From NCBI RefSeq assembly GCF_020745735.1, contig NC_083427.1:981211-1045210 (forward strand): DNA of 64,000 nucleotides. The letters run 5' to 3'. A program made the translations under genes and the position numbers. Under the pieces are notes generated by a model. That model made no database searches, was not told the origin of the DNA, and saw nothing but the letters and a program-made list of their open reading frames with translations. Within the stretch, counting starts at the first letter, position 1. Each line of letters opens with the position of its first letter. Positions 9,500 through 22,790 of this stretch are shown piece by piece. The DNA comes from Hemiscyllium ocellatum. Lineage: Eukaryota.

Positions 9500-10640
9500 T
9501 TTACGAACAGTTGCAATTCCTCCAACAGTCCCTCTGGCACACCACTTGTCAACCTTAGGATTACTCCTGCACACCTACTGTCACGTTCAGCTATTCTCCT
9601 GTCTATTTCAGTATTGTACAGTCCTCTGTCTTTCATTATCCACTATCAACATTGATTTGGCATTTTATCGAATATTTACGGGAAATCATCACGCACTGCA
9701 ACTGACGATTCCCTTTTATCCAGTTGATTTCTTAAATATGATTTCCCGTTCATAAAGCCGTGATTTCTTTGAACTTGTCCAGTTGCATCTTATTTTAAAC
9801 AGCTTCTAACATTGCAAACTGACTTGTGCCATTTTTGCTCGCTGTCTCAAAATGTTTTGATAAACTTGCTGAATGTGATGCTTTGCAATTCTAAAGGATC
9901 TTCCCAGCATTGGAGATGATCTGCAACAGTCAACACAAAATGTCAGTTATTTGAATGACATTTTCACTTTGGACGCAGGGATAATTTCACGAGGGGACAG
10001 GCAGTCTCGCCCCGCAGCTGCCACTATTTAGGCAGGCCCGTTTCTCTGTTGCATGTCATTTCCCTGCTTTTGCCCTTCCTTCGATTTGCCGATTAATTGC
10101 ATTTTCTAGAATGCTGCTTGTAGTCTGTCATGAAAACTGTTGGAAAATAAGTGTTCTATTTATTTCTTCTCTGTTGCGTTTGACAGCATGATTTGTCAAA
10201 CATTCATTTCTTGCATGCCTAATTTTCACTCTATAAATTATTTTATTTTCGAACGAGTTACAGGACCTCGTCCTCTCTCTTTCTTTAAACTCACTGTTTA
10301 GCTTCCTATCATATTCTGATTATTCAATCTTTCTTTCTTAATTTTCAGACATTTCATTCCCGAACATTTTAATATTCTGTCTAATTTTCTGACTTACCAT
10401 CTGTTTATCCACAATCACATACGTTTTCCTGAATGTAGATATAATCTTAAACCACAGAAAGCAGTTCTGAACCTTGGAATATTCCTTACTCTTTGGAATG
10501 TACCTACTTAAGTGATCTGAAATGTCTCGATACATGTTTGCCACTTTATCATGATCGAATTCTCCTCCATCTGATTTTCTAGTTCACTTCAGCCAGCTCT
10601 GATTTCGTGTCCACAGAATATGATTTTTATTTTAAAAAAA
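9500..10640 (-). mobile_element. Fragmented CR1 RT remnants
   Basis: Reverse strand shows SGVPEG- and HGFMNGKS-like RT motifs. The region is interrupted and borders are approximate. Confidence 0.5.
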
Positions 10641-11302
10641 CCGTTGTCTATCTCTCACATTGGTTGTATTATGCAATGGAGTTAATGTTGCTGATTCCTA
10701 AGAGCGCCTTTGAAATGAGATAATGAGTTAATCCGATCTCATTCCACCATTGCAGGATGTTCAATATAGGTTGAAAACTTGCGATTCGAATGAATGATTG
10801 CAAGATCTATTTTTATGAGCTGCACACGTGGGCTGTCTTTGCACGTCTAACTTTCACAGTTATTTTACAGATAATAGCTCGCATCATGATTTTTTGATTT
10901 TCTGACAAGCTGTTGCAATGTCTTCCTCTATGCTCTTCCTATTGTATTGTTGCACGTGGTGACACAAACAATGCTCACACAAATGACTCCTTGAAATGGT
11001 AATTTCTCAGCTTTACTCAAACCCATCCCACGGGCTGCTTTTCTGAAATGGGGTCACCCCTCTCCCTTTTATAAAACTAGAATAGCAAACTCTGAAGAAA
11101 TTCAGCCTTCCTGGAAGCATTGGTGGAGAGAAAGATTCAGAATATGCCTCCAGTCTGTTGTGACTCTATGAATGAACTGTAGAACTTGTATAGGCTTCCT
11201 ACCCCACCCCTCCCCGTCTTTTCTACATCATCTGTGGGAAGCCAATCCATATCATCTTGTGGGAAGGTTAATGTCGAAGGCCAAGAGTCGTTTCATCACC
11301 TA

Positions 11303-14232
11303 TTGGCCTCTGTATATGCTGAATATCAGCATGGACCTCACTAATGGCAATACGAACTAATGTAACTCTGATACTTGCTGGAAGCTATCACAAATTGATG
11401 CTTTCACACAGCCTGACGGAGAAGACATAAGCACATGCGTGAGAACATCAGTGTGCAGGTGGAATCAGTTATTATGTAGGGTATGTTGTTCCCAAGACTG
11501 ATATACATAGTCATTGCCATGGATGTTATTTATAGCATTTGATATCTAAATTTACAGCAAACTGATGCAGTTTGTTGACAGTGTGCTTGCTGGAGAGCAC
11601 GGAACAGTGGCCATGTGTAAAAGATTCAAAGAATGTAATCAACTCAATATTTCACTCGTGGGTTGATAGCTGCTGCATTCGTGTATTATTTCATTATAAA
11701 ATTTCACATGCGATATCTTCTCGTGTTATTGATGACGTGACTGTTGAGTATTGATAGACATTGGGGATTGATTAGAAGTCAGCAATAGACCAGTTCATAA
11801 AGCTAAGAGATTGTTCATTTCGGGCTTTTGTAATAGCAAAACCATGGCTGTCGTTGAACTTGAACAAATGGAAGAGAAAATAAATTCAAAAGTACTGTCT
11901 GACTTTGAGATAAAACGTTGATGGGTGAACAAGAAGTGCAATTTAGGATCTGGGTAGTAGAGTTCTGATCAGATTTACTTGAAAGATTTTGAAGATGGGA
12001 TCCCAGCATTGAGAATTGCAGAATAATCTAGAATACCTTTGAAGAGCTTGGAATTTCTGGTCACAGGTCAGCTGAGGTATTTTCGAGAGAGTAATTGATT
12101 TGATGGAACAAGCAGGTATTCCTGCTGATGACTGTATTAAGTAGTCTGGTGAGTATAACACGGTCACGAGTAAACACCAACTTGTGAAGAGTGTAGTCAG
12201 CTGCATTGGTGTAGAACATATTTGTTCACGTTAGCGATGGAAAGGAATAGATATATAGGCCAGGAGTCATATCTGGGGGAGAAGCAACTTTGATGCGACT
12301 AGGCAAGATTTAGGAAGCATAGGATGGGGAAGGAAACTGCAGAGGACCAGAACAATTGAAATCTGGAGCTTATTCACGGAACAGCTACTGTGTGTCCTTG
12401 TTAATTATATACATGTCAGGCAGGATGGAAGTTGTCGGGCGAGGCAGCCGTGGTTTAGTAACGAATTTGAGTGTCTTGTCAAGACAAAGAAGAAGGCTTA
12501 TGTTGGGATGAGACGTGAAGTCTCAGTTGGAACACTTGCGAGTTACAAGTTAGCCAGGAAAGACACAAAGAGGGAGCTAAGAAGAACCAGGAGAGTACAT
12601 GAGTGGTCATTAGCGGATGGAATGAGGGAAAACTCTGAGGCTATCATTCGGTATATCAGGACGAAAAGATTGACTCGAGTAAGATTAAGGGAAATCAAAG
12701 GTACGAGTGGGAAGTTGTGCGTGAAGTCAGAGGAAATAGAGGAATGGCTAAATGAATCTTGGCCTCTGTATATGCTGAATATCAGCATGGACCTCACTAA
12801 TGGCAATACGAACTAATGTAACTCTGATACTTGCTGGAAGCTATCACAAATTGATGCTTTCACACAGCCTGACGGAGAAGACATAAGCACATGCGTGAGA
12901 ACATCAGTGTGCAGGTGAAATCAGTTATTATGTAGGGAATGTTGTTCCCAAGACTGATATACATAGTCATTGCCATGGATGTTATTTATAGCATTTGATA
13001 TCTAAATTTACAGCAAACTGATGCAGTTTGTTGACAGTGTGCTTGCTGGAGAGCACGGAACAGTGGCCATGTGTAAAAGATTCAAAGAATGTAATCAACT
13101 CAATATTTCACTCGTGGGTTGATAGCTGCTGCATTCGTGTATTATTTCATTATAAAATTTCACATACGATATCTTCTCGTGTTATTGATGACGTGACTGT
13201 TGAGTATTGATAGACATTGGGGATTGATTAGAAGTCAGCAATAGACCACTTCATAAAGAGAAGAGATTGTTCATCTCGGGCTTTTGTAATAGCAAAACCA
13301 TGGCTGTCGTTGAATTTGAACAAATGGAAGAGAAAATAAATTCAAAAGTAATGTCTGACTTTTAGATAAAACGTTGATGGGTGAACAAGAAGTGCAATTT
13401 AGGATCTGGGTAGTAGAGTTCTGATCAGATTTACTTGAAAGAGTTTGAAGATGGGATCCCAGCATTGAGAATTGCAGAATAATCTAGAATACCTTTGAAG
13501 AGCTTGGAATTTCTGGTCACAGGTCAGCTGAGGTATTTTCGAGAGAGTAATTGATTTGATGGAACAAGCAGGTAGTCCTGCTGATGACTGTATTAAGTAG
13601 TCTGGTGACTATAACAAGGTCACGAGTAATAACCAACTTGTGAACAGTGTGGTCAGCTGTTTGCATTGGTGGTAACAGCTTTTGTGTAGAACATATTTGT
13701 TCAGGTGAGCGATGGAAAGGGATAGGTATATAGGCCAGGAGTCATATCTGTGGGAGAAGCAACTTTGATGCGATTAGGCAAAATTTAGGACGCATAGGAT
13801 GGGGAAGGAAACTGCAGAGGACCAGCACAATTGAAATGTGGAGCTTATTCACGGAACAGCTACTGTGTGTCCTTGTTAATTATAGACATGTCAGGCAGGA
13901 TGGAAGTTGTCGGGCGAGGCAGCCGTGGTTTAGTAACGAATTTGAGTCTCATGTCAAGACAAAGAAGGCTTATGTTGGGATGAGACGTGAAGTCTCAGTT
14001 AGAACACTTGCGAGTTACAAGTTAGCCAGGAAAGACACAAACAGGGAGCTAAGAAGAACCAGGATGGTACATGAGAGGTCATTAGCGGATGGAATCAAGG
14101 AAAACCGTGAGGCTATCATTCTGTATATCAGGACTAAAAGAGTGACTCGAGTAAGATTAAGGGCAATCAAAGGTAGGAGTGGGAAGTTGTGCATGGAGTC
14201 AGTGGAAACAGAGGAATAGCTAAATGAATCTT
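11303..14232 (+). repeat. Head-to-tail tandem duplication, unit about 1.46 kb (11303-12758 and 12759-14232)
   Basis: TTGGCCTCTGTATATGCTGAATATCAGC starts at both 11303 and 12759. Each unit is about 930 bp of unassigned DNA plus about 525 bp of CR1. Duplicated ORFs appear in the ORF track (11572/13028, 11815/13271). Confidence 0.95.
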
Positions 14233-15905
14233 TTTTGTCAGTTTTCACACAGGGAAAATACTATGTTGTTGAGGAGAATACAGAGATACAGGTCACTGGC
14301 CTGGATGGGATTGAGGTTCACAAAGAAGAGATGTTTGCAATTCTGGAAAGTTTGAAAATAGATAAGTCCACTGGGTCCGATGGGATTTATCCTCGGATTC
14401 CCTAGGGAGCCGGAGAGGTGATTGAAAAGCTTTTGGCTTTGATCCTGGTGTCTGAATTATCTACAGGAATAGTGCCAGAGGACTGGAAAGTAGCAAATGT
14501 TGTTCCCTTGTTCAAGAAGGTGAGTAAGGTCAACTCTGGTAATTGTAGAGCAGTGAGCATTAGTTCGTTTACGGGTGTAGTGTAGGAAAAGATGGTTAGA
14601 GATAGAATGTATAATTATCTGGAGAGAATGAAGTTCATTAGGGACAGTAGATACGGTTTTGTGAAGAGTAGGACATGTCTCACAAATCTTACTGAGCGCT
14701 TTGAGAAAGTGACCAAACACGTGATTGAGGGTAAAGCGTTTGATGTGTTGTTTTTGGATTTCAGTAAGGTACTTGATAAGGTTCCCACGGCACGCTATTT
14801 CAGAAAATACAGAAGCATATGATTGATGATGATCTAGTGGTTTCCATAAGAAATCGACCAGATGAAAACAGACAGAGGTTGGTGGTTCTGAGAAATATTC
14901 ATACTGGAGTTCAGTTACTAGTCGTGTATCACGAGAATCTGTTTTGGAGGCACTGCTTTTTGTCATTTTGATAAATGACCTGGACGAGGGTGCAGAAGGA
15001 TGGGTTAGTAAGTTTGCGAATGAAACTAAGGTTGGTACAGTTTGGATAATGATTAAGGATGTTGTGGATTACATAGAGACATAGATAAGCTGCTGAGTTG
15101 GGCTGAGAGATGGAAAATGGAATATAATGCGGAAAAGCGTGAGTTGATTCACTTTGGAAGGAGGGACAGGAATGCAGAGCACTGTGTTCATAGCAATATT
15201 CTTGGTAGTGTGGTTGGACAGAGAGATCTCGGTGTCCATGTCTGCACATCTCTGAAAGTTACCAACCAGGTTGATAGATTTGTTAAGAAGGCATACAGTG
15301 TATTAACTTTTATTAGTGGAGGGATTGAGTTTCGGAGCCATGAAATTATGCTGCAGCTGTGTAAAACTCTGGTGCGGCCGCACTAGGAGTACTGTGCAGA
15401 GTTATGATCACTACATTCTAGGAAGGATGGAAAGAGTTCAGAGGAGATTTATTAGAATGTTGCCTGGTATGGAGGGAAGATCTTACGAGGGAAGGCTGAG
15501 GGACTTGAGGCTGTTTTCGTTCCAGAGAAGAAGGTTGAGAAGTGAATTAATTGAGACATATATGATAATCAGAGGGTTAGGCAGGGCGAATAGTGAGAGC
15601 CTTTTTCCAACGGATGGTGACAGCTATCACAGAGGACATAACTTTACATTGCGGAGTGATAGATAAAGGACAGGCTTCAGAGATATTTTCATTATTCAGT
15701 GAATAGTAGGGGCATGAAACAGCCTGCGTGCAACAGTAGTAGAATCGCCAAAGTTAAGGGCATTTAAATGGCCATCGGATAGACATATGAATGAAAATGG
15801 AATAATGTAGTTTAGATGGGCTTCAGAACAGTTTCAGAAGTCGGTGCAACATCAAGAGATGAAGACCCTCTATTGCACTGTAATGTTCCATATTCTATGT
15901 TGTAT
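13709..15905 (+). mobile_element. 5'-truncated CR1 LINE with 3' tail; its first 525 bp are duplicated at 12234-12758
   Basis: YGFVKSRTCLTNLTERFEKVTKHVIEGKAFDVLFLDFSKVLDKVP, FINDLDEG and ERVQRRFIRMLPGMEG motifs, frameshifted. TTCCATATTCTATG tail. Confidence 0.9.
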
Positions 15906-16389
15906 AAAAAGAAAATGTGGTCTCGTTCCCTGACAGGAATGCTTTAAGTTTACGGGGTCCAATCAAAAATTGAATGGAGAGAAATCCATTTGTCTCTATC
16001 GAGAATACAGGGAATTGTTTTTGAAAAGAAAACCGTCTAAATTAAGGTAAATAGAAAGCAATGTCTTTTATGATCGAGATAAGTGTTAGGTTCAAGGAAT
16101 TTGGCTCCAGAAGGAGGGAATTTCACAGAAACAGTGTGTACATTATACAACAGCAAGGCGCGAAACATTTTGAAAGCTAATTTTAGGAAAAAAATGAGGT
16201 TATGGGAATTAAGAATAAGATTTCGGCGATAAAATAGGCGTGAACTGTTCATTTCTACACCCTGGTGAAATTCTGACAACTGTGATAGTACACACAGTTC
16301 GAAGGTGGGGAATTGATCTATGTGTGCTGCCAAACTGTACAACGTGTTGGCGAGAACCCGGGAAACAGCCTGATGATTCGAGCTGGACC

Positions 16390-18200
16390 ATTTAGAAGAA
16401 ATTTGAGAAGACGTTTGTTCATCTAAAGAGTGGTGAGAATGTGGATTTTATTACCGCAAGAAGTAGTTGATACTGATATATTGAATGTGTACAACAGGCG
16501 GCGAGATGTAGCACTTTGGAGGGAACAGGATAAAATGTTGTGGGGAGAAAGCAGGATTAGGCTATTGATTTGGACGATGAGTAGGATCATGAAGAATGTC
16601 AGAGCAGGCTCGAAGGTCTGAATGGCCTGCTCCTGTTCCTATCTTCTATGTTTCCATTTTTCGAGATAGTAGAGATTCTACTTGAGGAAGGAACAATTTT
16701 GCTCCCTCAAGTACTTGACCAAGGCCTCCAGATTCCTTTTGTCTCTGGTGTGTAAACGCACTTCTGTTGACTTTTCAAAATCACAATGATATCAAAATGA
16801 AAAGCTTGCTCAAAATTATTTCCTGATTATTACATGAGATCAAATTGTCTCGTTAGCAAGAAATGTAAAACAGATTATTGGAAATAAATCATTAATATTT
16901 CAATATTTGGTTTTTGTTTTAATATAGAAAGAAATGCTTTAATAAGTAGATGGGTTTAGGGCGCCGTATACAGAACGTCGAGTCTCGGAGGCTGAAAGTA
17001 CATTGATTAGTTTTTGGACAGTTGAAATGAGGAATTCTTCAGAGGCTAGTGCATCAACACAAATGTCTCACACGATTTCAGCTCGAGGAAATGTAAGAGT
17101 TCGAGTTGAGTGAAGCCATTGAGAGGTTGAGGACAAGGAAGAGAATTCTGAAATCGAGGGATTGCTTGACATGACCAATTACATCACAAAGCAGAGAGCC
17201 GGTCCTATGTACTTGGCCTGAGATTAAGACATTGCAGAAGGTGATTAGAAGACCCAAAGTTAGAAAGTGGGAGTTTGGCCAGGGAAGCATTTTCTAGATT
17301 GTACAAATTTGTCTTAATGTTTGAACAGTAGATAAGGTCCCCGTCAAATCAGACAGTGAAGTTAGATACAAAAATAGGTTGTCTTAATGAGGAAGTTGAG
17401 TGGCGACCATTTAGAGGTTTATAAAATCATGAGAACAATGTATAAGGTAAATATCAAAGTATATTCCCGAAGGAATATGACTCCAAATCTAGAATGGATA
17501 GTTTTAAGGATTGAAAGGAATCTGTGGTTCAGGTTTTTTTTCTGCACAGAGCGTGGTGTGTATATGAAATGACCTTCCAGAGAAAGTGGTAGAAGTGGTA
17601 CTGTAACAAAATTTAAATGATTTTCGGAAGGTAAATGAAGAGGAGATGGACAAAGTATCAGTAAATGAAGAAGGCCCTTGGAATGCTTTCCGTAATTGGT
17701 CAGTGCGCTGAGTATGAGTTAGTAGGTTATGTGACAGCTGTACAGGATATTGTTTCGGTCGCTTTTGGAATATTGTCTGTAGTGCTGGTCTCCCTGCTTT
17801 GGGAAGGACGTTCTGAAATTTGAGAGACTTCAGAAAACGAGTTACAAGGATGTTTCTAGGGTTGAAGGTGTTGAGCTATAGGAGACGATGAATTGACTGG
17901 GATTATTTCCCTTGGTGCGTCAGAAGCTGATTTGTGACCTTATCGAAGTTTATAACATTATGAATGGTAATGAGAACTGAAATAGACAATGTATCTTCCC
18001 CTGTGTGAGGAAGTCCAAAGATGGAGGTTGAAGGATCAAGGTGAGAGTGGAAGATATGAAAGACTTCTAAATGATATGTTTTTTCTCACTGAGGATGGTG
18101 AGTTAATGGATTGAGCTACCAGTTGGAGGTTTGATTGAAATGTTTCTTTCTGCTCCTTGGACTCCATCAGTAGAACAAGTGTGGATCTCACCTCAAGGTT
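16390..18200 (+). mobile_element. Cluster of CR1 fragments (3' end near 16650; further pieces 16930-18200)
   Basis: RT C-terminal motifs and a TTCTATG tail, matching other copies. Confidence 0.65.
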
Positions 18201-18348
18201 AAATATGATGCTGACATTACAACATGATGTTCTGATACAATAACATGATTTTTTGGGTATTATTTGAGAGTAAGCGATTGTACATGACATCACCGAAACA
18301 ATGTAGCCATCTATATGCAAGAGAGTAAGTCTTAATTTGTAATTTTAG

Positions 18349-18669
18349 GCAGACAGCCTTCTCCACCAGTCATCAGTCTACACTACTCTGCAACTGAAGA
18401 ACAGAGGGCAAACGGATTTCTTCAGCTGATTTGTCTCATCACTGGATACTATCCTGAAGGAACTGTAGTGACCTGGCAGAAGAACGGAAATACCTTAAAT
18501 TCTGGCTTTACAACTACATCTCCAACGAAAACAGCGACCAGTGATTTTAGCTCTACAAGTTTGCTTAAAGTGTCCCTGCAGGAATGGAACAGCGGCTCTG
18601 TGTACATCTGTCAAGTTTCTCATTCTGCTTCCAACAGTAACCAGAGAAAAGAAATTAGTTCAACATCGG
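18349..18669 (+). CDS. IgNAR: IgNAR constant exon C1
   Basis: TTTTAG|GC ... G|GTAAG. GRQPSPPVISLHYSATEEQRANGFLQLICLITGYYPEGTVVTWQKNG...EWNSGSVYICQVSHSASNSNQRKEISSTS; C1-set C-W-C pattern, IgNAR C1-like. Confidence 0.96.
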
Positions 18670-18963
18670 GTAAGAAAACTAAAAAAACTCACAGACTCAC
18701 ATTCATAAACGTAATCAGTTTTGTAATAAATATTAGACAAGATGGAAAATTATTTTGTTGGGTTATTACTGTGAATGAAACATTCTTGAATTAGTTGCAG
18801 TGAGTAATATCAATAGGAATTTGTAGTCCAGAGAAATGTTACAGCAAAAATAAGTCGAAATGAAACAGGTACCTAAACCCGCTCTTTCAAAAAAACAGTG
18901 GAGAATAACATCAGAAATTATTTCCCTTTGCTCTGTATAGGTCTGACTGAAATAACCAAACTT

Positions 18964-19260
18964 TTAGATTAGATTAGATTAGACTAGACTTACAGTGTGG
19001 AAACAGGCCCTTTCGGCCCAACAAGTCCACACCAACCCACCCATACCCCTTACCTAACACTACGGGGAATTTAGCATGGCCAATTCACCTGACCCACACA
19101 TCTTTGGACTGTGGGAGGAAACCGGAGCACCCGGAGAAAACCCACGCAGACACGGGGAGAATGTGCAAACTCCACACAGTCAGTCGCCTGAGGCGGGAAT
19201 TGAACCCAGGTCCCTGGCGCTGTGAGGCAGCAGTGCTAACCACTGTGCCACCGTGCTGCC
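18964..19260 (-). mobile_element. tRNA-derived V-SINE (HE1-like), full length, well preserved
   Basis: Reverse strand: tRNA-like head GGCAGCACGGTGGCACAGTGGTTAGCACTGCTGCC, central TCCGGGTGCTCCGGTTTCCTCCCACAG V-domain, (AATCT)n tail. Confidence 0.9.
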
Positions 19261-19739
19261 GTGAGCAAACCTCTTAATTGACAAGTTTAGGCAGAGTTTC
19301 TGGATATTCTCAGAATTAAAAATTCTTTTGCAACGTGGTAATCCCCCGCTTTTGCTTATTTTCCAAATCAATTCAGAGCAGCAAAATAAAGTTTTGACAA
19401 TGCACACACTTCATTACAAAGGAATCATTTTCAACAATGCGTATTTGTAAAGCTGTCGCTAGTGAGGATTTAGTATTGTCTGTTGCTGATTGCTGCCACG
19501 CAATTGTAGATAGGATGTATTGGGGGGACAATGTTCAGAGTAGCTAAGTAGAGAGATAAGGTGTCTGGTGGAAAGAGATAGAAATTTGTTATTGGAAGGG
19601 GTTCTACAGAATGTTTATTTGGAACATTTATTATATAGATCATCATTTAGACAGGACTTTAAAATACCTATCGGTGATAATGATCTCATTGACCTTCTGT
19701 GCTTAAAATGCATCGACTGTCACGATGTGGTAAATTTTC

Positions 19740-20440
19740 TCTGTCTCTACCTGTCTACCTTGCTCTAGAACTCCTGTTTTATTCCTGTCAGTTTTTTTCC
19801 TCTGTCTTTGTCTATCTATCTGTCTGTCTCTGCTTCCTCTGATCGCTGTCGTTCTGTCACTTCATCTTTGTTTTCACTGATCATGTGTCTATGTCTCGGT
19901 TTCTATGTACCTCTACGTCTCGGAATTATTTCTACTTTCGTCTTCTTGTTTCTGCAAGTTGGAATCATTTTTCGTGCATCAATTACTGTTGCTCCTTTTG
20001 CTTCTCTTAGGATTTGCACCTGTAGGTGTCCAATCCTCTATTTCTTATCTTCTTTCCCTCTAGCCTCTCCGTCCGTCTCTGGCTAGCTTCTCTGATCTGT
20101 CATCTCAAGCTCCCATTCACTAGCTTTATATCTCTATATCTATACCTGACTCACAGTTTGTCTGTCTCTGAATCTGTCTCTATGAATGCTCACTTCACGG
20201 ACCCACACGAAACACTTCATTTATCCAAATCTTTCTCTGACTTTCCTTATTGCTTGCTCTGTTTCTTAATTCTATTGGCAGAAGCAAATGATGCAAACCA
20301 ACAAACCTGAAAAGATGCAATGGCGCTTCATATTTGTTGTGTGTGCATATACATGTGTGTGTGGATATATATATGTGTGTGTGTGTATATATACACACAC
20401 ACACACAAGCATTAACACACAAACAAACACAAGACTCATG
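19740..20440. repeat. CT-rich low-complexity tract followed by a TG/TA/CA microsatellite, including the perfect palindrome (TG)6(TA)4(CA)6 at 20374-20405
   Basis: Read directly. Confidence 0.85.
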
Positions 20441-20578
20441 AGAAAGAGAGAAAGAGGGAGAGAGATGGTTGCATTTTTCATCCCTTCCTTGTTCACTGAT
20501 TTTGACATTCTTGTTGCACGCCTGGTCACATTATTGAATCAGGGACCAGAATCTGAATCTCTGATTTCTCTCTGACAG

Positions 20579-20875
20579 AGATAGCTGTATTATTAAGGGA
20601 GCCATTGGTTGAAGAAATCTGGATCAATAAAAGTGCCATTCTGGTTTGCGAAGTGCATTCAACAGTTGCCAGTCAGGTAGTTATCTCTTGGATGGTGGAT
20701 GGAAAGGTGCGGAATGAAGGCGTTCAAATTGAAGCAGCGAACAGAAACCAATATGTGACAATCAGCCGCTTGACTAGCACTGTGGACGAGTGGCAGAGTG
20801 GGGTGGAATACACATGTTCTGCAAAACAGGATCAATCATCACCCGCAGTATCAAAACGAACAAGAATGGCAAGAG
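20579..20875 (+). CDS. IgNAR: IgNAR constant exon C2
   Basis: GACAG|AG ... G|GTTGGT. EIAVLLREPLVEEIWINKSAILVCEVHSTVASQVVISWMVDGKVRNEG...EWQSGVEYTCSAKQDQSSPAVSKRTRMAR. Confidence 0.96.
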
Positions 20876-20955
20876 GTTGGTGACAAGAACTATGTATTTG
20901 TACATGTCATTTTATGAGCGAGGAAATACTAAAAATGTATGTACTTCTATTACAG

Positions 20956-21273
20956 TTAAATCAATGAAGACATATATCCGCCTCCTGCCTCCATCACCAG
21001 AAGAAATTCAGAACAGCAGCTCTGCTACTCTCACATGTTTGCTGAGAGGATTCTATCCTGACAAAATACGCGTTTTCTGGGAGAAAGATGGAGCTTCTGT
21101 CAACGAGAACATCACCAATTTCCCCACTGCTCTGGAACAGGACCTGACCTACAGCGCACGGAGCCTCCTCATTTTACCTGCAGCAGAATGGAAGAGTGGC
21201 GCAAAATACACCTGTACTGCCTCGCATCCACCTTCACAGTCCACTGTGAAAAGGGTCATCAGGAGCCCGAAAG
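20956..21273 (+). CDS. IgNAR: IgNAR constant exon C3
   Basis: 80-nt intron after C2. TACAG|TT ... G|GTAAGG. VKSMKTYIRLLPPSPEEIQNSSSATLTCLLRGFYPDKIRVFWEKDG...EWKSGAKYTCTASHPPSQSTVKRVIRSPK. Confidence 0.96.
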
Positions 21274-21899
21274 GTAAGGACAGTGTTCTAGCAACCATGG
21301 TCAACATTAACACTTTGTGTTAAATATCAACAGAACATGAAATCTTAACTAAACATTCTAAGGTTCCAGCAATTTTAAAATACACAAGATCTTTTGGAAT
21401 GAAACACCTTTAGCACACTGCACATGGCTATGAGGTAAACAGGAGAAGCAAAAACATCCAACAAGCGCATGGTCTCAAGGAGTGTGAAGCCTGCTGATAT
21501 TAAAAAAGGAAGGAACCTCCTGTGGCGCATTGCCCTCTTGTGGCATCCTGGACCAAGATGCTTGTGTTTACTTGCCACCTCCTCCAGAGTTGTGTGTTGA
21601 GTTATCTGAACAGGTTGACGAGAAAAATAGGTTAACTAAAAACTTATGTTAAGAGAAAGGGCTGAAACACAAGATTAATGTTTGAAGGCGTGTTGTCTTT
21701 CGAGAACAATGAAATTTGTTGAGAGGATGATTGTGTCGAAATGATTTTATGTTTTGCTTGCTTCTGTCACTGCTTCATGCTCCTCCTTTGATACCAGCTC
21801 GAGCGGTTGCTGACAGTCAACTGAAAGGTACTTAGAAATGCAAACATTTGTCGACGAGTAGAATTCATGCACATGAATTAACGTGTGCATTGGAAGGAT

Positions 21900-22790
21900 T
21901 ATATTATTCAGCCCTTTGACCATGGAGGTCACATGGAGGGCAGTGACAATGGATGTTGTAGATTACCGATGGACAGAGGTAAGATGCAGCCCTGGATTGT
22001 GGGTGCCAAGTGGAATTTAATGCGGAAAGCTGTGAGGTGGTTCACTCTGGAAATAGTTAAATGAGTCAAGTGTTCAAGGGGCACATGGTGAGATTTTTGG
22101 TGGTGCAGATGAGCAGAGGGATCTCAATGTCCATGTGCAGAGATCCTTGGAAGTTGCCACCCATGTTGATGGAGTTATTAAGAAGACTTACGCTATTTTA
22201 GTTTTGATTGGTAGAGGGAATGAGTTTCGGAACCATGAGTTCATGTTGCCTCTATGAAAAACTCTGGTGCGGCCACAGTTGGAATATTGCGTACAGTTCT
22301 CGTCACCACACTATAGGAAGGATTTGGAAGTTTTGGAAAGGGTTCAAAGGAGATTTACTGGGATGCTGCCTGATACCTCTTATGAGGAAATGCTGATGGA
22401 CTTGAGAATGTTTTCGTCAGAGTGAAGAAGTTTGGGATGTGACTTCATTGAGATATATAAGATAGTCAGAGGCTTAGATAGGGTGGACAATGAGAGCCTT
22501 TATCTTCGATTGGCCATGGACAGCACGCAGAGACATAGCTTTAAATTAAGTGTGATAGACATGGAGGTAGTTCCTTTCCTCACAGAGTAGTAGGGGCATG
22601 GAACGCATTGCCTGCTACAGTACTTGACTCGCAAACTTGAAGGGCATTGACATGGTCATTGGATATGGATATGGACGAGAATGGCATAGGGTCGGTTAGA
22701 TTGGCTTCAGGGTAGTTTTACAGGTCGGGGAAGCATCGAGGCCCGAAGGGCTTATACTGTGTTGTAATGTTCCATTTTCTAGATGATTAA
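21900..22790 (+). mobile_element. CR1 3' fragment
   Basis: RT C-terminal motifs (EQRDL.V.V..SL; RP.LEYCVQF) and a TTCCATTTTCTAG tail. Confidence 0.8.

Noticed and set aside
6304-18348. Class-switch (S) region in the J-C1 intron
   Set aside because: No tandem AGCT/GGGGT-type array is visible; the only large repeat is the 1.46-kb duplication.
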